DNA of 59,910 nt, filler included. It is 4 parts of 4 records of this genome, joined end to end, with 100 filler letters (N's around TTAATTAATTAA, not from the genome) between each part and the next. Parts side by side here need not be neighbours in the genome. Positions count along the whole stretch, not along the records: positions 53,608 to 59,910 come from DRR378314_2778; 3 more parts are not named here. The stretch is one strand, 5' to 3'. The translations under genes were made by a program, and so were the position numbers. Shown here in pieces: positions 53,648-59,910 of this stretch. Positions within the stretch are counted from its first letter, which is position 1, and every line of letters starts with the position of its first letter. The notes below the pieces were generated by a model. It saw nothing but the letters and a program-made list of their open reading frames with translations, was not told where the DNA came from and made no database searches.

Positions 53648-54663
53648 AAGCGGCGGCGCCAGCGGGCGGGGCTTTCGCCGCTCCAGTGGCGGAAGGCGCG
53701 GGTAAAGGCGCTGTGCTCGGAGTAACCGAGCAGCGCCGCCACGTCGGTGAGCTCCAGGCGCGGGTCGCGCAGGTATTCCTTGGCCAGCCGGTAGCGAGTG
53801 CGGGCCAGCAGCGCCTGGAAACTGTCGTCGCGCTCGCTGAGGCGCCGCTGCAGGGTGCGCACGCTGAGGTGGTTGGCCGCCGCCAGCGCCTCCAGGGTCG
53901 GGCGCCGTTCACGCATCAGCCGCGCCAGCTGCCCTTCCAGCGGGTCGGCGGCCTCGCCCTGGCGGGCCAGCAGCGCCTCCGCCTGGCGGTCGAGAATGGC
54001 CAGCAGGTTGGCGTCCGGCTCGCGCAGCGGCAGCGCCAGGTACTCCAGCGGCACCCGGATCACCGTCTCCGGCTGGTTGAAACGCACCTCACCGCCGAAG
54101 AAGCGTTCGTAGGGGCCGGTGTCCGCCGGCGGCGGATTGACGAAACAGACCCGCTCCACCAGCTGCGGCTCGCCGGTGAGATCGCGGGTCATCTGCACCA
54201 CCGCGGCGATGCCGGTCTCGTCCACCAGCTGCCCGGACAGCCCCCGCTCCACGCCCCAGCGCACCTCCACCCGGTCGCCGTCCACCTCGATGCGCGCCGG
54301 GTTCACGTCGTAAATCAGCCGGTGATAGCGCTCCATGCGCGCCAGGGCCTGGCCCAGGTCGGCGCAGTTGAGCACCGCGTAGCCAAGCAGGCCGAAATGC
54401 CGCGGCGTGATGGTGCGGCCCACCGCCACCCCCAGGGCCGGATCGCCGAGCAAGGCGCTGGCGGTGGCCAGGCTCTGTTCCCAGAACCCCAAAGCGACCC
54501 GCTCCAGCCCCACCGGCGAGCGCTCCACCGGCATCGGCCCGAGCAGCGCCCGGGCGTCCTGGCCGCGCGCCTCCAGGTAGTCGTAAAGCAGCTGCACATA
54601 GGTGGCCGCCACGTAATTGCTGGTGGGCGGGGTGTTATGGGCGGCGCGGGAAACGGAAGTCAT
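53644..54663 (-). CDS. AraC family regulator (OruR/VqsM-like N-terminal domain)
   Basis: GDPALG, FGLLGYA, C-terminal LSVRTLQRRL and LLGYSEHSAFTRAFRHWSG. Confidence 0.9.
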   Translation of the reverse strand: MTSVSRAAHNTPPTSNYVAATYVQLLYDYLEARGQDARALLGPMPVERSPVGLERVALGFWEQSLATASALLGDPALGVAVGRTITPRHFGLLGYAVLNCADLGQALARMERYHRLIYDVNPARIEVDGDRVEVRWGVERGLSGQLVDETGIAAVVQMTRDLTGEPQLVERVCFVNPPPADTGPYERFFGGEVRFNQPETVIRVPLEYLALPLREPDANLLAILDRQAEALLARQGEAADPLEGQLARLMRERRPTLEALAAANHLSVRTLQRRLSERDDSFQALLARTRYRLAKEYLRDPRLELTDVAALLGYSEHSAFTRAFRHWSGESPARWRRRL

Positions 54664-54765
54664 GGCGCCATTTGTCAAAAAATAGGAGGGCTCTGTCAAG
54701 CCCGGCGTGCCCCCACCCGGCTATCTTGATGTTATTGATCTGCATGATAAGCGGAGTGTTGGGAC

Positions 54766-55623
54766 ATGAACGATCTTCTTCAGCAGTTGGATTGGCGCAC
54801 CCTGGTGCTGCCGGCCATGGTGCCGGTGTTCGTCGCCGTGCTGATCGCCGAGGCCTGGCGGTTCCGCGGCCAGGGCCGCCTCACGCTCAAGGACTCCATG
54901 GCCAGCATGGGGCTGGGCTCGCTGTACATGGTGTTCGACACCCTGGTGACGGTGACCCTGGTGGCGCTGATTTTCTCCTGGGCCTACCAGCACCGCCTGT
55001 TCGACATCACCATGACCCCGCTCACCGGGCTGCTGCTGTTCGTGTCCCTGGAGTTCTGCTACTACTGGTTCCACCGCGCCAGCCACCGCATCCGCTGGTT
55101 CTGGAGCGCCCATGTGGCGCACCACTCCAGCACTCTGATGAACTTCTCCACCGCCATGCGGCAAAGCGCCATCTACAGCATCGTCGGCAACTGGCTGTTC
55201 TATGTGCCGCTGGCGTTCCTCGGCTTCGAGCCGATTTGGGTGTTCTTCATGCTCACGGTGAACCTGGCGTACCAGTACTTCATCCACACCCAGTGGGTCG
55301 GCAAGCTGCACCCGGCCATAGAATTCGTGTTCAACACGCCCAGCCACCACCGCGCCCACCACGGCCGCAACGCGGAATACATCGACCGCAACTACGGCGG
55401 CATTCTGATTCTCTACGACCGCCTGTTCGGCACCTTCGTGGAAGAGAAAGAGGACGTGCCGGTGGAGTACGGCATCACCCGGCCGGTGAACAGCCACAAC
55501 CCGATCACCCTGACCCTGCACGAGGCCGTGGACATGTTTCGGGATGCGGCCCGGCCGGGGCCGCTCAAGCAGCGCCTGAAGCATTTCTGGGCGCCGCCGG
55601 AGTGGCGGCGCGAGGATGATTAA
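54766..55623 (+). CDS. Sterol desaturase / fatty-acid hydroxylase family protein, alkylglycerol-monooxygenase-like
   Basis: His boxes HRASH, HVAHH, FIHT, TPSHHRAHH; YIDRNYGGILI, DRLFGTF. Confidence 0.88.
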   Translation: MNDLLQQLDWRTLVLPAMVPVFVAVLIAEAWRFRGQGRLTLKDSMASMGLGSLYMVFDTLVTVTLVALIFSWAYQHRLFDITMTPLTGLLLFVSLEFCYYWFHRASHRIRWFWSAHVAHHSSTLMNFSTAMRQSAIYSIVGNWLFYVPLAFLGFEPIWVFFMLTVNLAYQYFIHTQWVGKLHPAIEFVFNTPSHHRAHHGRNAEYIDRNYGGILILYDRLFGTFVEEKEDVPVEYGITRPVNSHNPITLTLHEAVDMFRDAARPGPLKQRLKHFWAPPEWRREDD

Positions 55624-56351
55624 CCGGCGGCCTTCTTGCGGTTGGCGCGGATGCGCAGGTTGAGCATTTCCACGCCGAAGCTGAACGCCATGGCGAAGTA
55701 GATGTAGCCCTTGGGAATGTGGAATTCCAAGCCGTCGGCGATCAAGGCCGTGCCCACCAGCACCAGGAACGACAGCGCCAGCATCTTCAGCGTCGGGTGC
55801 TCGGTGATAAAGCGGCCGATGGCGTTGGCGAACACCATCATGAAGCCCACCGCGATCACCACCGCGATCACCATCACTTCAATGTGGTCGGCCATGCCCA
55901 CCGCGGTGATCACCGAGTCCAGCGAGAACACCATGTCGAGAATCGCGATCTGAATCAGGATGCCCATGAAGGAGCCACCCACCTTGGGCTTGGCCAGTTC
56001 GTGGGTCTCGCCGGCGTCCTCGATGGAGTGGTGAATCTCCAGCACCGATTTCACCAGCAGGAACAGGCCGCCCAGTATCAGCACCAGATCGCGCCCGGAA
56101 ATGCCCTGCCCCAGCACCATGAACAGATCGGCGGTGAGCTTGGTCAGCCAGGCCAGTGACGCCAGCAGGCCCAGGCGCATCACCATGGCCAGTGACAAAC
56201 CGATCAGGCGCGCCTTGGGGCGCTGCTTCTCCGGCAGCCGGTCCACCAGGATGGACAGAAAGATAATGTTGTCGATGCCCAGCACGATTTCCAGGGCGGT
56301 CAGGGTGGCCAGGGCAATCCAGGCCTCCGGCATGGTGATCCATTCGAGCAT
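55620..56351 (-). CDS. TerC family membrane protein
   Basis: LEIVLGIDN, DMVFSLDSVITAVG, HPTLKMLAL, IPKGYIYFAM. Confidence 0.92.
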   Translation of the reverse strand: MLEWITMPEAWIALATLTALEIVLGIDNIIFLSILVDRLPEKQRPKARLIGLSLAMVMRLGLLASLAWLTKLTADLFMVLGQGISGRDLVLILGGLFLLVKSVLEIHHSIEDAGETHELAKPKVGGSFMGILIQIAILDMVFSLDSVITAVGMADHIEVMVIAVVIAVGFMMVFANAIGRFITEHPTLKMLALSFLVLVGTALIADGLEFHIPKGYIYFAMAFSFGVEMLNLRIRANRKKAAG

Positions 56352-56413
56352 GGTGAATCCCGGTTAAGTAAAACCGCCATTCGAAACCGGCGGCGGGCAT
56401 CTTGCAAGCGAAT

Positions 56414-57904
56414 TCAGTGGTACAGCGCCGAACCCAGGCGGGCCGCCACGCGGCGGTCCAGGTACGGCAGCCGCACCCGCCGTTTGCCGAGGCCGCCGCC
56501 GGCGGTGTCCACTTCCAGTTCGCTCATGCGGTAGCGCCGGTCGAACGGGCTGCGGGTGAGGCGGATCGCCTGAATGCGGTTGCGCGGCACCACCGCCAGC
56601 CGGCGCCACAGCCAGCCGCGGTGAAACAGCAGCAGGTCCGGCGTCAGCGCCCAGCGCGTGTACTTGGCGTACAGGTGACCGTGGATCAGCGCCAGGGGCA
56701 CGCCGGCCAGCGGCAGCCACAGACCGTGCACGCCCAGCCACCACAGCCCCGGGGGCAGCGTCAGCGCGGTCCAGCACCACAGCCACAACCGCGCCAGACG
56801 GTGGCGGGTGCGGCTGGAGAGCGACTGCCACTCCGGCTGGTGGCCGGTCATGCCGGGCAAGGCGCGGGCGATCAGCGCCTCGGCCTGGGCCGGCGTGCAG
56901 ATCGGCGCCAGCGGCCGGGCGCCGCCGCTTTGCCCGGCCTCCGGGTCGCCGCCGCCACCGGCCTGGTCGACCTGCAGCGCCACGCGCCGGAACAGCCGAT
57001 GCAACGGCGTGGCCAGCTGGTGCACCACCTGAATGCGCGGCACCCGCAGGGTCACCGACACCCGGGTGAACAGGCCGTGGCGCACACGCAGATCGCTGCC
57101 CTGCTCGTCCAGACGGTAGCCGTAATACTTCACCAGCGCTGCCACCACGGACAAGATCTTACCCACCGCCAGCACCGCCACCAGCGTGGCCAGAGCGAGC
57201 AGCACCGCCACCGCCAGCCCCAGCTGATCCAGCCAGGCGACGCCGGCGTCGCGCAACACCGGCCCCAACAGGCGCTGCAGCGTCTCCACGTTCACCACCT
57301 GCATGAAAGCGCCCAGCACCGCGCCCACCCAGAGCAGATTGCGGTTGTCGATCAGACCCAGCATCACCAGTTCGCCCGGCGGCAGGGTCAGCAAGGTGGT
57401 GCCTTCGGCGGGCTCGCCGGCGTCGTGATCGTCGGTCGATGTCGCGCCCTTCAGGGCGTCGCGGCGCGCGAACACGGTATCGCTGAGGGTGCGGGCGTCG
57501 TCCAGGGACAACACCCGGATGGTCGCTTCCGCGCCGCCGCCGCTGGAGGTCTCCACCTTGACGTCGGCGACGCCCAGCAGGCGGTGCAGCAGGTTGCGCT
57601 GGGTGTCGATGTTCTCGATACGGCGATAGTCGATCTGGCGCAGATTGCGGAAAATCAGGCCGTCGCGGATCACCAGGCCGTCGTCGGCGAAATCGTAGCG
57701 GTACACCCACTGGTGCCAGAGCGCGCCCAGCGGCCCCAGCAACAGCAGCGGCACCACCACCCAGAACAGGCCGCCGCGCTCGGCGCCCAGCGCCACCGCC
57801 ACGCCGATCGGGATCACCGCGCCCAGGCTGCCCACCAGCTGGAACACCCAGCTGAGCGGGTGCAGGCGTTTTTCCGGAAGCGGCTGGCCACCCTCATACC
57901 GCAT
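56414..57904 (-). CDS. YdbT-like membrane protein with several bacterial PH (bPH_2) domains
   Basis: KRLHPLSW; three repeats of G(L)F...RI(E/Q) followed by L/VxV(E/D)(T/Q), separated by TM hairpins. Confidence 0.8.
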   Translation of the reverse strand: MRYEGGQPLPEKRLHPLSWVFQLVGSLGAVIPIGVAVALGAERGGLFWVVVPLLLLGPLGALWHQWVYRYDFADDGLVIRDGLIFRNLRQIDYRRIENIDTQRNLLHRLLGVADVKVETSSGGGAEATIRVLSLDDARTLSDTVFARRDALKGATSTDDHDAGEPAEGTTLLTLPPGELVMLGLIDNRNLLWVGAVLGAFMQVVNVETLQRLLGPVLRDAGVAWLDQLGLAVAVLLALATLVAVLAVGKILSVVAALVKYYGYRLDEQGSDLRVRHGLFTRVSVTLRVPRIQVVHQLATPLHRLFRRVALQVDQAGGGGDPEAGQSGGARPLAPICTPAQAEALIARALPGMTGHQPEWQSLSSRTRHRLARLWLWCWTALTLPPGLWWLGVHGLWLPLAGVPLALIHGHLYAKYTRWALTPDLLLFHRGWLWRRLAVVPRNRIQAIRLTRSPFDRRYRMSELEVDTAGGGLGKRRVRLPYLDRRVAARLGSALYH

Positions 57905-58373
57905 CGCCGTCGCCTCCGTCGTCCTGGCGCAGCAGGGTATCGCGCAATGCCAGCGCGGTGTCGTGGTCGAGGCCGGGCAGCTCGTTGCAGGTGAAGCGGC
58001 TGCCGGCGGTGTACAGCTTCAGGGTGCCGACCCCATAGCGGCGCTGCAGCGGGCCCTGGCTGACGTCGGAGTGCTGGATGCGCACCCGCGGAATGGCAAT
58101 ACGGTGACGCCAGAAAATGCCCTGGCGGATCACCAGGCCGTGCGGGTCGAGGCGGTAGCCCAGGTGCCGGAACCAGGCGCCGGGCAGCCACCAGGCCAGG
58201 CCGAACACCAGCAGCGTCCAGCCCAGGCACGCCAGCGCCAGCAGCGGGCCGGGGTCCAGCGGTAACAGCGTCAGGGCGGCGCCCACCGGCGCGCCCGCCA
58301 GCACCACGGCGGTGCCCAAGGCACGCAGGCGCCACACCGGCACGGTGGCCGGGCTCACGGATTCAAGCGACAT
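57894..58373 (-). CDS. YdbS-like membrane protein with one bPH_2 domain
   Basis: Two TM helices then GIFW..IPRVRIQHSDVSQGPLQRRYG..LYTAG, LPGL. Confidence 0.85.
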   Translation of the reverse strand: MSLESVSPATVPVWRLRALGTAVVLAGAPVGAALTLLPLDPGPLLALACLGWTLLVFGLAWWLPGAWFRHLGYRLDPHGLVIRQGIFWRHRIAIPRVRIQHSDVSQGPLQRRYGVGTLKLYTAGSRFTCNELPGLDHDTALALRDTLLRQDDGGDGDAV

Positions 58374-58457
58374 GCGGTTCCCCCAATGACGATGGCCATC
58401 AACGATGGATCAGTCAGGAGGATACCGCATCGATGCGGTGGCCAAGAACACCCGGCG

Positions 58458-59156
58458 TCAGTTGCGCGCTTCCTCGCGGGCCAGGTCCTGAATCAGCTGC
58501 CGCACCTGCTTGCGGTGCCGGCGGCTGGTCAGGCGTTTGCTGTCCCAGGTGGCGGGCACCAGCAGGCGGCCTTCGTCCAGGTCGCGGATCAGGAAGCGCC
58601 GTTCCACGCCGATGGGGTAATCGTCGGAGCCGTAGATGGCCAACAGCTGAATGGTCAGCGAGCGCAAACGCACAATGCCTTTTTCGCTTTCCGCCCGGTC
58701 GTCGCGGTGCTGATCCAGGCGCAGCCCCTCGCGCTGGGCGATGCGCTCGATGACGCTGTTGAAGGCGCCGATATGCACGAACTCACCGGCCCCGAGCGGC
58801 CCCTGGCGGGTGCTGTCGCTGAGCGACGGGGTATCACCGCTACTGTGCCGCTCGCGTTCCTCGTCGCCTTCCTGGTAATTCTGCTCCAGCTCGGTGACAT
58901 CCTGGAAATAGGTGCCTTGGTCGGTTTCCAGGCGTGCAACGATGTGCTGAATGAAGATCGATTCGGCACTCATGTTGCTGATCAGGCAGAGGGCGTCGAC
59001 ACCCTTGTGGCGGCCCCGGTTGATCACCACCCGCGGGCGGCGCTGACGCTTGTAGCCGTTGTAAAGCAATTGCGCATAGACCACCCACACCATCAGCGTG
59101 GCGAAGCCGATCAATACGTTCAGAACGTCCTTATTTTGCGATATCCAGTCAAACAT
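58458..59156 (-). CDS. Hypothetical protein with a single N-terminal membrane anchor
   Basis: 232-aa ORF with host-like codon usage; TM helix followed by KRQRRPR. Confidence 0.7.
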   Translation of the reverse strand: MFDWISQNKDVLNVLIGFATLMVWVVYAQLLYNGYKRQRRPRVVINRGRHKGVDALCLISNMSAESIFIQHIVARLETDQGTYFQDVTELEQNYQEGDEERERHSSGDTPSLSDSTRQGPLGAGEFVHIGAFNSVIERIAQREGLRLDQHRDDRAESEKGIVRLRSLTIQLLAIYGSDDYPIGVERRFLIRDLDEGRLLVPATWDSKRLTSRRHRKQVRQLIQDLAREEARN

Positions 59157-59349
59157 GCGTGAACTGTACCGCGCCGCGCCGGCCCGCTTTGCGAAAAGCT
59201 GTAAAACCTGAGCGCGCCGGCCCGGTATCGCCGCGGTCCATGGCGGTGATAGCCGGCGTTAGCCTTAAGGCCTGGTTCATGTGCCCGCAATAAGGGCGTA
59301 GTATCAAATCACCCAAGTACAGATACATCGCCAACTAAGGAGGTGCGCA

Positions 59350-59910
59350 GTGACACGGATTGGCCAGGACACCCTTAACAGCGCCAAGACCCTCGATGTC
59401 GGCGGCAAGACCTATCATTATTACGATATCAATGCCGTCGCCGATAAGGGCTGGGGTGATCTCAGCAAGCTTCCCTTTTCACTCAAGGTTCTTCTGGAAA
59501 ACCTGCTCCGCCATGAAGACGGTGAATCCGTCACCGTGGAGGACATCGAAGGCCTGGTACGCTGGACCGAGAAGCGCGCTTCCGATCGCGAAATCAATTA
59601 CCGCCCGGCACGGGTCCTGATGCAGGACTTCACCGGCGTGCCCGGGGTGGTCGATCTGGCCGCCATGCGCGACGCCATCGCCAAGGCCGGCGGCGACCCG
59701 CAGCGGATCAACCCGCTGGCACCGGTGGATCTGGTCATCGACCACTCGGTGATGGTGGACGAATACGGCACCCCGCAGTCGTTCTCGCAAAACGTGGAAC
59801 GGGAATACGAGCGCAACAAGGAACGCTATCAGTTCCTGCGCTGGGGCCAGAACGCCTTCAATAATTTCCGCGTGGTACCGCCGGGCACCGGCATCTGCCA
59901 CCAGGTGAAC
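59350..59910 (+). CDS. acnA: Aconitate hydratase A (5' part; runs off the window and is absent from the ORF track)
   Basis: AAGGAGG RBS, GTG start; [42 protein letters not shown]. Confidence 0.96.
   Translation, partial: MTRIGQDTLNSAKTLDVGGKTYHYYDINAVADKGWGDLSKLPFSLKVLLENLLRHEDGESVTVEDIEGLVRWTEKRASDREINYRPARVLMQDFTGVPGVVDLAAMRDAIAKAGGDPQRINPLAPVDLVIDHSVMVDEYGTPQSFSQNVEREYERNKERYQFLRWGQNAFNNFRVVPPGTGICHQVN

Noticed and set aside
53686-55619. ORFs 53686-54729, 54672-55619 and 54721-55584
   Set aside because: Alternative-frame or antisense shadows of the AraC and desaturase genes.
56402-57994. 530-aa plus-strand ORF
   Set aside because: Antisense shadow of the YdbT-like gene in very high-GC DNA; no recognisable motifs.
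1-59910. CRISPR arrays, tRNA/rRNA genes, transposases, defence systems
   Set aside because: No regularly spaced repeats, recognisable RNA-gene sequences or diagnostic protein motifs found by eye; short RNAs could have been missed.

Overview
This window is not one locus. It is four unrelated contigs joined by identical artificial 100-bp spacers (N44-TTAATTAATTAA-N44 at 12772-12871, 25751-25850 and 53508-53607). (1) 1-12771: a gammaproteobacterial catabolic cluster (Halomonadaceae-like, a tentative guess). It encodes a ribose-type ABC importer, maleylacetate reductase, an amidohydrolase, a beta-hydroxyacid dehydrogenase, hydroxyquinol 1,2-dioxygenase, a HadB/RutE-type nitroreductase, a TSUP exporter and an unusual winged-HTH/sugar-binding-protein fusion. 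No ring-hydroxylating oxygenase is visible. This is the best candidate for an undescribed system. (2) 12872-25750: an intron-rich eukaryotic (protist-like) contig with a multi-exon arrestin-fold gene, a tandem pair of Cys-rich membrane-protein paralogues, and probable TPR and LRR genes. (3) 25851-53507: a Rhodobacteraceae (Roseobacter-group-like) origin region running hrcA-rph-rdgB-hemW, parBA-rsmG-mnmGE-rho-hemJ, putative oriC, maf-aroE-coaE-dnaQ, secB, fxsA, Tim44, mltA, smr, hslUV, trxA and addAB, with two perfect parS sites. (4) 53608-59910: a high-GC gammaproteobacterial contig (Alcanivorax-like, tentative) with a REP, an AraC regulator divergent from an AGMO-like desaturase/hydroxylase, TerC, a YdbS/YdbT-like pair, a hypothetical protein and the 5' part of acnA. 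No tRNA, rRNA, CRISPR array or transposase was recognised. All calls come from motif recognition by eye; no searches were run.
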